Assembly: GCF_013004595.1 (NCBI RefSeq)
Contig: NZ_JABEMC010000001.1
Span: 496,001-560,000, forward strand
DNA from: Brevibacterium luteolum
Lineage (GTDB): Bacteria; Actinomycetota; Actinomycetes; Actinomycetales; Brevibacteriaceae
DNA: 64,000 bases
Reading direction: 5' to 3'
In this document: piece after piece, positions 9,660 to 22,872 of the stretch
Layout of the letters: every line of letters starts with the position of its first letter
Position numbering within the stretch: position 1 is the first letter of the stretch
Notes under the pieces: model-generated
The model's database searches: none
What the model was told of the DNA's origin: nothing
The model's input: the letters and a program-made list of their open reading frames with translations, nothing else
Made by a program: the position numbers and the translations under genes

Positions 9660-10816
9660 GCCGGTACAGTCACAGCACTGACCGGGTGTTCGCCTCCGGC
9701 CGCGGCGGCTGGCCGGTCACGGCCGCCGCCTGGACCGGCACCGGACGGCCGGCAGACGGCGAGTCGCGCACCGAGTCCGATGTCCGCGAGGCCGCCCGCA
9801 TCACCGCCGGGATGCTCGCCGAGGAGGCGGTCCCGTTCCTGCCGGCGGTCACCACCGGGCCCGGCAGCGAGGGCGTCGCCCGGGCGGCCGCCCTGTGCGC
9901 GGACCTGACCGTCGAAGCCACCGCCGCAGGCTGGCAGCTGACCCACCGGCCCGGCCGCGACGCCCGCCGCGCGGCCTCACGGCTCGGGGAGGATGCCGAT
10001 GCCGCCGCCGAGGTGTTCGCTGAGTTCGCAGGCCCGGTCAAGATCAGCCTGCCGGGACCGGTGAGCCTGGCGGCCCTGCTGCTCGAACCCCGCGGCGAAT
10101 CGACGCTGGCCGATCCCGGTGCGCGCCGCGACGTCGTGGCCGGTTACGCCCACGGGCTCAGCGAGCACGTCACGCACCTGCGCCGGCTGATGCCAGACGC
10201 TGTGATCATCATCCAGCTCGACGAACCGCATGCCGCTGCCGCACTGTCCGGGCAGCTGGCCACCACAGCCGGGCGCACGCGGCTGCCGGCCCTGCCCGAG
10301 ACCGAGGCGGTCACTGCCTGGCGAGGTATCCGCGAGGCCATCGCCTCCGCCGCAGGGAACACGCTGGTCTTCCTGCCCGGGATCCGACCGCTGACCTGGT
10401 ACAGCCACGGGCAGGCCCGCAGCCTCACCGAGGTGCTCACCGGTGCCGGCATCGGCGGCATCGGCATCGACGTCGATGCCCGCACAGACGCACGACTCTT
10501 CGAACAGGCCTTCACCTGGTGGGCCGGCCACCGCACAGCGGCTGCCGGTCACCCGGTTCCGGCGCTGACGCTGGGAGTCGGGACCGCCTCGGGAACGGGA
10601 ATCGACATCGCCGCCTGGCGGCACCGGCTCACCGGCGTCGTCGAGACCCTCGGACTGCCCGATGCGGCACTGGCCGAGCTCGGCATCCTCACCGGCCCGC
10701 CGGCCCCGCTCACCCGCGCGCAGGCCCAGGCGGCCGCCGATGCGGATCCGGTGCATCCGCGCACCTGGCTGGCAGCAGCGAGCCAGCTGGCGCAGGAGTG
10801 CGCGGGCCTGGACTGA
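9656..10816 (+). CDS. Divergent cobalamin-independent methionine synthase catalytic-domain (MetE-like) protein
   Basis: VKISLPGPVSLAA and IQLDEP motifs; position between mnmA and ligA is typical of actinobacteria; Zn-ligand motifs not recognisable. Confidence 0.7.
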   Translation: MSRYSHSTDRVFASGRGGWPVTAAAWTGTGRPADGESRTESDVREAARITAGMLAEEAVPFLPAVTTGPGSEGVARAAALCADLTVEATAAGWQLTHRPGRDARRAASRLGEDADAAAEVFAEFAGPVKISLPGPVSLAALLLEPRGESTLADPGARRDVVAGYAHGLSEHVTHLRRLMPDAVIIIQLDEPHAAAALSGQLATTAGRTRLPALPETEAVTAWRGIREAIASAAGNTLVFLPGIRPLTWYSHGQARSLTEVLTGAGIGGIGIDVDARTDARLFEQAFTWWAGHRTAAAGHPVPALTLGVGTASGTGIDIAAWRHRLTGVVETLGLPDAALAELGILTGPPAPLTRAQAQAAADADPVHPRTWLAAASQLAQECAGLD

Positions 10817-11159
10817 GCCTAGAACACCGCGAATGAACTCTCCGTAGCTGCGTGGGATTCACCCCTGACCATTCTGGACCGCTGCGCCAGTGCCCTGAAG
10901 TGACGGTTGCATCTGCTCGATTGAAAGATGTCAAAAGTGCCTGAGACTGTTGGCACGAAATCACTGAGCACCACACCACACGGTGCTGGATCCGTCCATG
11001 AGGCGTGATGCCGATCGTTGCCCTCAGGAACGCACTGAGAACACAGGTACTTGGATCACAATCAGGTAACGCGTTACGTGCGGGTGCAGGTCCGCAGCTC
11101 TGATGCCGTGTGATGAACACCGTTCACTTGCATCCCCAGAGCCGTGAAAGAAGTCCCCA

Positions 11160-11960
11160 ATGAAATATATATCCCGTACTATCGTTGCGGTTGTGTCATG
11201 CTTTTTGCTGGCCGAAGTTTCCCTCGTTCCCGTGGCTGCGCACGCGCTACCCGAGGTGGCCGAACTGCGGAATACGGCTGAAGCAAGCGGGTATCCAGTC
11301 ATCGAAGAGTCGGTGGATGGATCACTTTACATCTACAATCCGCAAGAGCCGGTTGATCGTATTACACAAGAGCAGGTTCCGGATGAGTGGATTTCTGCAG
11401 TTCCATCGGAGTCGGAAACGGCAAAGTATGTGGCGAGTGAGGTGGGTGGACCTCGTGGCGATGCGTCAGGTGTTCGCGATGCCATTGCAGGTTCAGGTGG
11501 TGTAGCGTCAGCAGGAAAATCGCCTTATCACTACCATTTTAACGTTGTGATCTGGAGAGATGGGTCAGGTTCCTCAGCTAAGGCTCGAGCTCACTTTCGA
11601 GCTTTGAACAAGAATATGAAGAAGACGTTTCCCTTAGGCGGTATGCCGCGCACGGTTAGAACTGGTGCCACGTACAAGCTTCGGCCTGGCTCCAACCCAG
11701 TGAAGGTCACTGCTGTTGGGAAAGACTACTTTACTTTGCGATCGCTCCCGGGGCATGCCGAAGGGGCAGGTAAAAATGTTACGTTCAAAATCAAGTACAC
11801 TAAGCCGAACTATGTACTTTCAGCTAGTGCCAATGGTCCAGCTCGCGCTTGGCAGAAAAAGCCGATGCTCAAGTTCGGAAATAAACTATTTGCATACTCA
11901 CTCTGGAGTAGCTTTGCTTGCAGGATTCGTAATGACGTACTTAAGAGGCCATGTATCTAA
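11160..11960 (+). CDS. Secreted protein with acidic N-terminal region and cationic C-terminal domain
   Basis: Signal peptide ending AHA-L; E/D-rich region, Gly/Ala linker, K/R-rich C-terminal half containing SLPGHAEGAG. Confidence 0.8.
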   Translation: MKYISRTIVAVVSCFLLAEVSLVPVAAHALPEVAELRNTAEASGYPVIEESVDGSLYIYNPQEPVDRITQEQVPDEWISAVPSESETAKYVASEVGGPRGDASGVRDAIAGSGGVASAGKSPYHYHFNVVIWRDGSGSSAKARAHFRALNKNMKKTFPLGGMPRTVRTGATYKLRPGSNPVKVTAVGKDYFTLRSLPGHAEGAGKNVTFKIKYTKPNYVLSASANGPARAWQKKPMLKFGNKLFAYSLWSSFACRIRNDVLKRPCI

Positions 11961-11986
11961 ATTATAGGTTTCGCCGGTAGAAAGAA

Positions 11987-12241
11987 TTGATGGTGGATAT
12001 GAAGCATTTTTGCGTAATAATTGGTCTTGGGTGCGCGGCGGCTGGCGGGGCCCTCTTGGGTGACTTGTTTGTTTACGGGAACCCGGTTTGGCCACTCATC
12101 GCTGTTGTGTCGACTCTGGTGCTGTATATTGTAATGCATCGTCGGGTCGATACTCCAGTCCTCACGCTACTCGTAGGTGCGGTTTTCTTCTTGGCGGTGA
12201 ATATTTCAGCAATTCCCTTCTACTTTCAGCAGGTCATTTAG
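11987..12241 (+). CDS. Small 3-TM membrane protein (candidate immunity protein)
   Basis: 84 aa, three hydrophobic stretches, 26 nt downstream of the secreted-protein gene. Confidence 0.65.
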   Translation: MMVDMKHFCVIIGLGCAAAGGALLGDLFVYGNPVWPLIAVVSTLVLYIVMHRRVDTPVLTLLVGAVFFLAVNISAIPFYFQQVI

Positions 12242-12386
12242 TCGTGTGAAATGGCTTGAGTGCACGGGTAGGGTGAGTCAGATAGTTGTCGCTCCTCTAC
12301 CCGTTGTGAACAATAATTGAAAGGAGAAGTGAGCTTCGGTGGTGAAGCTGGGGTCGAGGCCTTATTCCTTGCCGCCCCCACCGTGA

Positions 12387-14675
<2,289 letters not shown>

Positions 14676-15050
14676 CCTGCGTGCCGTTCCTGCCGGATGG
14701 AATCCGGACACCGTGCCGAATTCCTGCACCTGCCTGGCCCCCGCAAGCTTCGGCGATGAGCGCCTCGTCTTCGGTCACCAGCTGGTCCTCGCAGAACCGG
14801 ACGACTGCCGATCACGCTGCCGTGTCACTGCGCTCAGCCGGTGGAGGGCGTTCATCCTTCTCGGCCATGTTCGCCCTTCCGCGCCGCCAGGGTTCCACGG
14901 TGCATCTGATCGATGCCGGCCTTGAGCTTCCTGACGGCCGCTCGCAGCGGGAACCGCCTTCGGAGGAGGCTGTCCAGATGCCTGCTGCCGGGCTAGCGGT
15001 CTGCGCCGCGCCTGGGAACGTCTCCCGGCCAGTCTGGCTAGACTGCGGCC

Positions 15051-16511
15051 ATGAACGACACTCCCCGCACCCAGCCCACCTCGTCGGCCAGCCCGCTCGT
15101 CACCCCCGAGGAGCTGCGCGACTTCGCCACCCGGTTCTCTGCCTTCGTCGACACCATGGCCGAGCACAGCACTGCCGGCAACCCTGCAACCCCGAGCTTC
15201 CGCGCGCTGCTGAGCGACCACCTCGGCGGCCCGGCCGAGGAGTTCGAAGCTGTCGCCAAGCGGTTCCCCGTCTGGCGCTACGCCGACCTCGACATCGGCA
15301 TCGAAGCCGTGCTCGGTGACGAGCGCACCGTCCACGGCATCAACACCGATGAGGACTCCTTCGACTTCACCGAACTCATCGCCAACCGGTACGACAACTT
15401 CTTCCCCGGTGCCGTGCAGTACGAGTCGGTACCCACCGGCCCCGAGGCGCGCCGCCGGGTCGCTTCGGAGGCGGTGTCCCTCTTCGAACGCGACGGCCAG
15501 CCGATGGCGCTGCTGCAGGCTCGCTCCGGTGATTTCGGTGAGCTCGTCTCCTACGTCTCGATCCTCTCCGGCGATGACATCGCCGCCGAAGAAGTGCTCA
15601 CCGAGATCGCGGAGGCGATGAACGCCCGCTCGACCCTGCGTGGGCAGGTCGTGACCTTCGGGGGAGGAGCCTTCGGCGAGGCCTCCCAGGCGGTGCAGTT
15701 CCATCCTCGCCCGCAGATCGCAGCCGACCAGGTGATCCTGCCGGAAGACACGCTGGAGCGGATCCGCCGCCACGTGCTCGGCATCTCCGAGATGGCGAAG
15801 CAGCTGCAGGCCGCCGGCCAGCACCTCAAACGCGGCATCCTGCTCTACGGCCCTCCCGGCACCGGCAAGACCCACACCGTCCGCCACCTCACCGGACTGG
15901 CCACCGGCAGCACCGTCATCATGCTCTCTGGGGAGAGCCTGCAGGCGATCAGCCTTGCCGCTGAGACCGCCCGCGCCCTGCAGCCGGCGATCGTGGTGCT
16001 TGAGGACTGCGACCTCGTCGCCGAGTCCCGTGACTTCTCCGAAGGCGCCCGGCCGCTGCTCTTCGAAGTCCTCGATGCCCTCGACGGACTGGCCGGTGAC
16101 GCTGATGTCGCCTTTGTCCTCACGACCAATCGGGCCGAGGCCCTCGAAGAGGCGCTCGTGCAGCGGCCGGGCCGCATCGACTTGGCTGTCGAGATCCCGC
16201 GTCCGGATACGGCAGCCCGCCGTGCCCTGTTCGAGCTGTACTCCCAGCAGCTGAGCTTCACGCCGGCCGCCCTCGACGAGGCCGCCGCGCGCACCGAGGG
16301 AGTCACCGCCTCCTTCGTCAAGGAAGCCGTGCGCCGCTCTGTGGTGCTCGCCGCCCTCGATGGGCAGAAGGCAGAAGATGCGTCGCTGCTGGCAGCGGTC
16401 GCTGAGCTGCGCGGGGATGAGGAGCGCCTGACTGCCTCACTGCTGGCAAGCGGCAGCGACGGTGAGGACTTCGACGTCGACGGGTTCGGCGAAGGCGACG
16501 TCGACTACTGA
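15051..16511 (+). CDS. AAA+ ATPase
   Basis: Walker A GPPGTGKT, Walker B VVLEDCD, SRH TTNR...RPGRID; TAGACT 6 nt before ATG. Confidence 0.9.
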   Translation: MNDTPRTQPTSSASPLVTPEELRDFATRFSAFVDTMAEHSTAGNPATPSFRALLSDHLGGPAEEFEAVAKRFPVWRYADLDIGIEAVLGDERTVHGINTDEDSFDFTELIANRYDNFFPGAVQYESVPTGPEARRRVASEAVSLFERDGQPMALLQARSGDFGELVSYVSILSGDDIAAEEVLTEIAEAMNARSTLRGQVVTFGGGAFGEASQAVQFHPRPQIAADQVILPEDTLERIRRHVLGISEMAKQLQAAGQHLKRGILLYGPPGTGKTHTVRHLTGLATGSTVIMLSGESLQAISLAAETARALQPAIVVLEDCDLVAESRDFSEGARPLLFEVLDALDGLAGDADVAFVLTTNRAEALEEALVQRPGRIDLAVEIPRPDTAARRALFELYSQQLSFTPAALDEAAARTEGVTASFVKEAVRRSVVLAALDGQKAEDASLLAAVAELRGDEERLTASLLASGSDGEDFDVDGFGEGDVDY

Positions 16512-16744
16512 GGTCTCCGGTTCTCGCGGCCCCGGCGCCGTCGGCTGCTCACGCTGGACTCGCCGCGCCGCACGGTGCGCCAGCGGCGGACGGCGATGAC
16601 GAGTGCGGCGATGAGGGACACGAGAGCCAGGCCCCAGAACACCGCTGCCAGATCGTGCAGCCCCGGTGCGAAGACGAGCGCCAGGCTGCCGATCGCCAGC
16701 AGGAGCAGGTCGATGATCCATCTCGACGCCTGCGGGATTCTCAT
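16505..16744 (-). CDS. Small 2-TM membrane protein
   Basis: Two hydrophobic helices and a basic tail; GGAGG RBS. Confidence 0.65.
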   Translation of the reverse strand: MRIPQASRWIIDLLLLAIGSLALVFAPGLHDLAAVFWGLALVSLIAALVIAVRRWRTVRRGESSVSSRRRRGRENRRPQ

Positions 16745-16898
16745 TCGTCCTCCACTCGCTCGGTGATGCCTCGACGCTAGGAGCCGTCGCCGGCTTCTGG
16801 CAACCCCCGCCCGCTATCACGGACCGTTCTGCCTACGGTTCAGCGGAGACCCAGCCGGGACGAAGCCGGCCACCAACTGCCGGTGCCAGACTGGAGGC

Positions 16899-17372
16899 AT
16901 GTGGACTCTCGTACGCCTGGTCATCGGCTCGGCACTCGTCTCCGGCATCGTCTTCGGCGCCGGCCACGTCACCCGGCTGATCGACACGCAGGTACTTCCC
17001 GACACCCCTGGCATCGCTGTCCAGGAAGCGACAGCCGAACTCGACGAGAACAGCGGCACCCTGCGGGCTGCCATCGCCGAGGTCGGACGCACCGCAGCAC
17101 CGGAAGCCGCCTACCTGCCCACCGCCTCGGGCCAGGAGACCCGGCCCACCCGCAAGGACGACGACGATGACGACGACACCCCCTCCTCGGGCACGGCCAC
17201 GAGCAGGCACACCGGTGACGCCGCACTGCCAGCCGACAGCGCGCAGGCGCGGGTGAACGGGCTGGCCGCCGACCTCAGCCGGGCAGTGGCCAACGGCCAC
17301 GCCACCCCCGCGGCCGCAGAGCGGTTCCTCACCGAAGTCGCCGGCTACATCCGCAACGAATCGGCTGCCTGA
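16899..17372 (+). CDS. Hypothetical exported/membrane-anchored protein
   Basis: N-terminal hydrophobic segment, poly-Asp linker, host-like codon usage. Confidence 0.65.
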   Translation: MWTLVRLVIGSALVSGIVFGAGHVTRLIDTQVLPDTPGIAVQEATAELDENSGTLRAAIAEVGRTAAPEAAYLPTASGQETRPTRKDDDDDDDTPSSGTATSRHTGDAALPADSAQARVNGLAADLSRAVANGHATPAAAERFLTEVAGYIRNESAA

Positions 17373-17457
17373 CCGAGGCAGAGCGTTGGCACCCGCAGGT
17401 GGCCAGGCGCCGGTTAGACTCGTCTGTGACACGAACGCGAACAATGAAGGGGTGACG

Positions 17458-17763
17458 ATGTCGCAGACATCCGCGATCACCGCCGCTGAGGTCAGCCACC
17501 TGGCCGACCTCGCCCGGATCGCCCTGACCGATGAGGAGCAGGCCGCACTCACCGGCGACCTCAACGCCATTCTCTCCAGCGTGGCCGCCGTCCAGGAGGT
17601 CGCCACCGACGAGGTGCCGGCCACCAGCCACCCGATTCCGCTGAGCAACGTCATGCGCCCGGACACCGTCGGCGAGACGCTCACCGCCGACGAGGCGCTC
17701 TCCGGCGCCCCGGCCAGTGAAGACGGCAAGTTCCTCGTCCCGCAGATCCTCGGGGAGGACTGA
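17458..17763 (+). CDS. gatC: Asp/Glu-tRNA amidotransferase subunit C
   Basis: [32 protein letters not shown]. Confidence 0.95.
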   Translation: MSQTSAITAAEVSHLADLARIALTDEEQAALTGDLNAILSSVAAVQEVATDEVPATSHPIPLSNVMRPDTVGETLTADEALSGAPASEDGKFLVPQILGED

Positions 17764-19268
17764 TGGCAGATCTCACGCGCCTGAGCGCGCTCGACCTCGC
17801 CGCCGGCATGCGGGCCGGCGACTACACCTCGACCGAGGTCACCCAGGCCCACCTCGACCGGATCGGTGCCGTCGATGAGACCATCGGCGCCTTCATCACC
17901 GTCACCGCCGATGCCGCCCTGGCCACCGCCGCTGACGTCGACCGACGCCGGGCCGCAGGTGAGACCCTGCACCCGCTGGCCGGTGTGCCGGTCGCGCACA
18001 AGGACCTCATCGTCACCGAGGGCGTGGCGACGACGGCCGCCTCGAAGATGCTCGAAGGCTGGGTGCCGCCGTACTCGGGCACCGTCTACCGCCACACCCA
18101 GGAAGCGGGCATGCCGCTGCTGGGCAAGACGAACCTCGATGAGTTCGCCATGGGTGCGACCACCGAGAACTCCGCCTTCGGTCCGACGGCCAACCCGTGG
18201 GATACCACGAAGGTCCCCGGCGGCTCCTCCGGCGGTGCCGCGGCAGCGCTGGCCGCCTATGAGGCGCCGCTGTCCGTCGGCACTGACACGGGTGGTTCGG
18301 TCCGCCAGCCGGCCGCCTTCACCGGCACCGTCGGCGTCAAGCCGACCTACGGCTCGGTCTCCCGCTATGGAGTCATCGCGATGGCCTCCAGCCTCGACCA
18401 GGTCGGCCCGATGGGCCGCACCGTCGCCGACGCCGCCGCCCTGCACGAAGTGCTCGCCGGCCACGACCCGCACGACTCGACCTCGCTGCGGGACCAGGCG
18501 ACCGGCTTCCTCGCCGCCGCTGAGGCCGGCGCTGCTTCCGGCAGCCTGTCCGGCAAGCGCCTGGGTGTCATCCGACAGCTCACCGGCGAGGGGGTCGAAC
18601 CCGGCGTGCAGGCCGCTTTCGACGAGGCGCTGCGGATCGCCGCAGCTGCCGGGGCTGAGATCGTCGACATCGACTGCCCGAGCTTCGCCTACGCCGTTGA
18701 GGCCTACTACCTCATCATGCCCTCGGAGGTGTCCTCGAACCTCGCCCGCTACGACGGCATGCGCTTCGGCCTGCGGGTCGAGCCCGAGGAGGGCCCGGTC
18801 ACTGCGGAGACTGTCATGGCCGCCACGCGCGCCGCCGGATTCGGCGCGGAGGTCAAGCGCCGCATCATCCTCGGCACCTATGCGCTCTCGGCCGGCTACT
18901 ACGACGCCTACTACGGTTCGGCCCAGAAGGTCCGCACACTGGTCCAGCGCGACTTGGCCAAGGCCTTCGAGACTGCCGATGTGCTCGTCTCGCCGACTGC
19001 CCCGACGACGGCCTTCGACCTGGGGGCTGCCAAGGAGATGGACCCGATGTCGCTGTACCTCGGCGACGTCGCGACCATCCCGGCCAACCTCGCCGGCGTG
19101 CCGGGCATGAGCGTGCCGGCCGGTGTGACCGACGGGCTGCCGGTGGGCTTCCAGCTGCTCGCCCCGGCCCGTGAGGATGTGCGCCTGTATGAGATCGGCG
19201 CCGGCATCGAGGCTGCCGTCAACGAGACTCGCGGGGCTGGCGTGCTCGCCGCCGCGCCGGAACTGTGA
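17763..19268 (+). CDS. gatA: Asp/Glu-tRNA amidotransferase subunit A
   Basis: [30 protein letters not shown] amidase signature; EVKRRIILG. Confidence 0.98.
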   Translation: MADLTRLSALDLAAGMRAGDYTSTEVTQAHLDRIGAVDETIGAFITVTADAALATAADVDRRRAAGETLHPLAGVPVAHKDLIVTEGVATTAASKMLEGWVPPYSGTVYRHTQEAGMPLLGKTNLDEFAMGATTENSAFGPTANPWDTTKVPGGSSGGAAAALAAYEAPLSVGTDTGGSVRQPAAFTGTVGVKPTYGSVSRYGVIAMASSLDQVGPMGRTVADAAALHEVLAGHDPHDSTSLRDQATGFLAAAEAGAASGSLSGKRLGVIRQLTGEGVEPGVQAAFDEALRIAAAAGAEIVDIDCPSFAYAVEAYYLIMPSEVSSNLARYDGMRFGLRVEPEEGPVTAETVMAATRAAGFGAEVKRRIILGTYALSAGYYDAYYGSAQKVRTLVQRDLAKAFETADVLVSPTAPTTAFDLGAAKEMDPMSLYLGDVATIPANLAGVPGMSVPAGVTDGLPVGFQLLAPAREDVRLYEIGAGIEAAVNETRGAGVLAAAPEL

Positions 19269-19277
19269 GGACGTGAG

Positions 19278-20756
19278 ATGAAGTACGAAGACGCCATCAA
19301 GAAGTACGACCCGGTGCTCGGCATCGAGGTCCACGTCGAGCTCGGCACCGCCACGAAGATGTTCGACGCCGCCCCCAACAGTTTCGGAGTCGGCACGAAC
19401 GAGAACGTCACCCCCGTCTCGCTCGGCCTGCCCGGCGCGCTGCCGGTGGTGAATGAGACCGCGGTCGAATACGCGATCAAGATCGGCCTGGCGCTTGGCT
19501 GCGACATCGCCGAGTCCTGCCGGTTCGCCCGGAAGAACTACTTCTACCCGGACCTGGCGAAGAACTTCCAGACCTCCCAGTACGACGAGCCGATCGCCTT
19601 CGACGGCTCCCTGGAGGTCGAGCTCGAAGACGGCGAGCTCATCACCGTAGACATCGAGCGCGCCCACATGGAGGAGGACGCCGGCAAGAACACCCACGTC
19701 GGCGGCTCGGGCCGCATCCACGGCGCGGAGTACTCGCTGGTCGACTACAACCGTGCCGGTGTGCCGCTCGTCGAGATCGTCACCCGCCCCATCACCGGCA
19801 CCGGGGAGCGCGCTCCCGAGGTGGCGGCCGCCTATGTGCGCACCCTGCGCGACATCTTCCGCGCCCTCGGCGTCTCCGAGGCCCGGATGGAGCAGGGCAA
19901 TGTGCGTGCCGACATCAACGTCTCGCTGCGTGAATCGCCCGATGCACCGCTGGGCACCCGCACCGAGACGAAGAACGTCAACTCCTTCCGCTCGATCGAG
20001 CGCGCGGTCCGCTACGAGATCGCCCGCCAGGCCACTGTGCTCGAAGCCGGTGAGCAGGTGCTGCAGGAGACCCGCCACTTCCATGAGGAGACCGGCGAGA
20101 CATCCTCGGGACGTGTGAAGTCCGATTCGGATGACTACCGCTACTTCCCGGAACCGGACCTCGTGCCCGTCGAGCCCTCACGCGACTGGGTCGAGCAGTT
20201 GCGCGCCGACCTGCCGGAGCTGCCGGCAGCCAAGCGCCGCCGCCTGCTTGAGGCGTGGGGCTTCTCCGAACTGGAGATGCGCGATGTCATCAACGCAGGC
20301 CTGCTCGACGTCATCGAAGAGACTGTCGCTGCCGGTGCCGAGCCGGCCGCCGCACGCAAGTGGTGGACCGGTGAGATCGCACGTGCAGCCAAGCAGGAGG
20401 ACGCCGAGGTCACGACTCTCGTCACTGCAGCCCATGTCGCCGAGCTGGCAGGCCTGGTCAAGGCCGGCAAGCTCAACGACAAGCTCGCCCGCAAGGCGCT
20501 CGCCGGCGTCATCGACGGCAAGGGCAGCCCGACCGAGGTGATGGAGGCCGAGGGACTGGAGATCGTCCAGGACGACGGCGCGCTCGAAGCCGCCGTCGAT
20601 GACGCGATCGCGGCGAACCCGGATGTCGTCGAGAAGATCAAGGGCGGCAAGATGCAGGCGATCGGCGCCCTCATGGGCCCGATCATGAAGGCCACCCGCG
20701 GCCAGGCCGATGCCGGCAAGGCCCGCGAAATGATCATGGCCAAGATCAACAGCTGA
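19278..20756 (+). CDS. gatB: Asp/Glu-tRNA amidotransferase subunit B
   Basis: [36 protein letters not shown]. Confidence 0.98.
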   Translation: MKYEDAIKKYDPVLGIEVHVELGTATKMFDAAPNSFGVGTNENVTPVSLGLPGALPVVNETAVEYAIKIGLALGCDIAESCRFARKNYFYPDLAKNFQTSQYDEPIAFDGSLEVELEDGELITVDIERAHMEEDAGKNTHVGGSGRIHGAEYSLVDYNRAGVPLVEIVTRPITGTGERAPEVAAAYVRTLRDIFRALGVSEARMEQGNVRADINVSLRESPDAPLGTRTETKNVNSFRSIERAVRYEIARQATVLEAGEQVLQETRHFHEETGETSSGRVKSDSDDYRYFPEPDLVPVEPSRDWVEQLRADLPELPAAKRRRLLEAWGFSELEMRDVINAGLLDVIEETVAAGAEPAAARKWWTGEIARAAKQEDAEVTTLVTAAHVAELAGLVKAGKLNDKLARKALAGVIDGKGSPTEVMEAEGLEIVQDDGALEAAVDDAIAANPDVVEKIKGGKMQAIGALMGPIMKATRGQADAGKAREMIMAKINS

Positions 20757-20885
20757 CCTGCCCAGATCTCAGGCTGATGCGACAGGCGCGTCCGCAGTGG
20801 ACTTCGGTTCGCTGCGGGCGCAGTCGCATCCACACCACCCCGGTTCCGGCCAGCGATCTCCGGCAGGCTGCACCGCCTCGGGCTC

Positions 20886-21562
20886 CCGCCCTTCATCGAA
20901 TCGCATGTGCACCTTGACTCGGCGCTCACCGCTGGACAGCCGCGCTGGAACGCCTCGGGAACGCTGTTCGAAAGCATCGAAGTGTGGAGCGAGCGCAAAC
21001 AGTCGCTGACCGCCGAGGACGTCAAGCAGCGTGTCAACGCCGCTGTGCGGCAGCAAGCGGGATTCGGAATCAAGTATGTGCGCACACACGTCGACGTCAC
21101 CGACCCGAGCTCACCGCCCTGCACACACTGCTAGAGCTGCGCGATGAACTCAAGGACAGCGTCACGCTGCAGATCGTGGCGTTTCCGCAGGAGGGCATCC
21201 AGTCCTTCCCCGACGGCGAAGGACTTATGCGCCGGGCAGCCGAACTCGGAGTCGACGCAATCGGGGCGATCCCGCACTTCGAGTTCACCCGGGAGTACTC
21301 CGTTGAATCGATCAATTTCGCCTGCCGAAGATGAGCTGCATCAACGTCAGCTTCGGGCAGGACGACATCGCCGATCCATGGAATCCCCTCCGGACAGGCA
21401 ACCTGCGCGACGTCGTCTGTCGGTCGGCCGGCGAACTTCATCGTCCTCGACGCCGCCGATTGGTATGAAGCCCTGAGCTTCGCTGCACCCGTTCTCGCGT
21501 CTTTCCGCGCCGGGCGGCAGATCGTGGCTAGAGAACCCGTGCAGACCGAGATCATGTTCTGA
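20886..21562 (+). pseudogene. codA: Cytosine deaminase (CodA-type amidohydrolase) remnant
   Basis: Pieces in different frames: [39 protein letters not shown] / [22 protein letters not shown] / INVSFGQDDIADPWNP / GRPANFIVLDA. The 5' end is missing, there is a frameshift near 21105 and two internal deletions. Confidence 0.9.
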
Positions 21563-21640
21563 ACCGCCAACACCGTTCAGTGAAGCCTCAGGCCGGAGGC
21601 GTACACTAGCGGCAACCTCACCCGCCTGCCCACCGGAGGA

Positions 21641-22780
21641 GTGCAGATGGACACGATCTCGTGGAAGTCCCTGTGGGAGCGCAGCTGTGCTGGGACGCTG
21701 CCGACCTACCGGATCCTCGTGCCCGATTCCGTTTCTGAAGACGTCCGGAACGCCTGGCGCGCACGCAGCTACCGCGTCGACGCCACCGAGCCGGGCTCCC
21801 AGCTCGTCACCGCAGGGATGTCACGCAACCTCATCCGCTCGCGGGTGAAGTTCGCAGCTGCCACCACCGCTGGCGCGATCGCGACGGGAATCGCCGCTCT
21901 GCCGACGGTGCTCATCAGCGTTTTCGACTCCGTGCCTGAAGGCGGCGTCATCACCACCGGCATCATCGGCACGATCTCCGCTGCCGGTGCAGGCTATACC
22001 GGCTGGAAGTACCGCAAGGATCCGCGCCGGCTCGACCGCAAGGCCAAGGAATCGGCAAGCGGCGCGGAGTGGATCACTCCTGAGCGCCTCGGCTGGGTAC
22101 CGGGACTGACGAAGGGCCAGGACACCGACGAGCAGCGGTTGTTCCACCTGACTGTCGTGACCGCGCAGAAGATCGCCCGGACACGTGCGTGGACGCACCC
22201 GATTATGCAGGACCACGTCTCCCGCGTCGATCTCGATCACGCGGTCGCCTCGATCGGACGTCGTCTCGTCGAACTCGTCGAGATCCGCGCTGAGCTTGAG
22301 CAGATGCGCCAGACCAACTTCAACGCCGGCGGCGGCATGCCTGCCGACCCGTCGACCGACAAACAGATCGTCGCCTACCTGCGACAGCTCACCCGCGCGT
22401 TCTCGTCCATGGTCGACCGGGTGCTGGCACTCAACGCCTACTATGAGCGGCTGCGCAAACTCGACCAGCAACTGCTCATGCTCGACCAGACCGAACGCTC
22501 ACGCGAGATCGGTTCGCGCGTGCTCGACGTCATCTCCCGTACCGCCGATGACGAGAATGCCGACTGGCGTCTGCAGGAACTCAACATCGAAGCCGAAGCA
22601 CACGCCGAGTCGATCAATGAGCTGCTGCGCGAACTGACAGTCACCGCTGAAGGCTTCGACGACCTCGACGAACTGGATTCGAAGATCGCCCGCGCCCAGA
22701 AGCAGGTCGACGAGCAGCTCGGCCTGAACCGGGCAGGGGAGCAGCTCGGTCAGAACCGCGAGCAGCGCCACCTGTCCTGA
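21641..22780 (+). CDS. Hypothetical membrane protein with coiled-coil C-terminus
   Basis: Two TM segments, long helical charged C-terminus; GGAGGA upstream. Confidence 0.8.
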   Translation: MQMDTISWKSLWERSCAGTLPTYRILVPDSVSEDVRNAWRARSYRVDATEPGSQLVTAGMSRNLIRSRVKFAAATTAGAIATGIAALPTVLISVFDSVPEGGVITTGIIGTISAAGAGYTGWKYRKDPRRLDRKAKESASGAEWITPERLGWVPGLTKGQDTDEQRLFHLTVVTAQKIARTRAWTHPIMQDHVSRVDLDHAVASIGRRLVELVEIRAELEQMRQTNFNAGGGMPADPSTDKQIVAYLRQLTRAFSSMVDRVLALNAYYERLRKLDQQLLMLDQTERSREIGSRVLDVISRTADDENADWRLQELNIEAEAHAESINELLRELTVTAEGFDDLDELDSKIARAQKQVDEQLGLNRAGEQLGQNREQRHLS

Positions 22781-22872
22781 CCGGCGGTTGTGCCGTTTGT
22801 GTCGACTCGACGATCGTCGATTCTGCACGAAACGCACATCGGGCCGGCGCAGGTCAGTAGCCGCGGTTCAGC

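Noticed and set aside
14681..15050. ORFs or a mobile-element remnant between ligA and the AAA ATPase
   Set aside because: No recognisable motifs, terminal repeats or coding-like bias.
16833..20084. 1083-aa minus-strand ORF and other long antisense ORFs (e.g. 5617-7620, 47023-48990, 61658-63826)
   Set aside because: Shadow frames of well-supported genes, typical of high-GC codon bias; no protein motifs.
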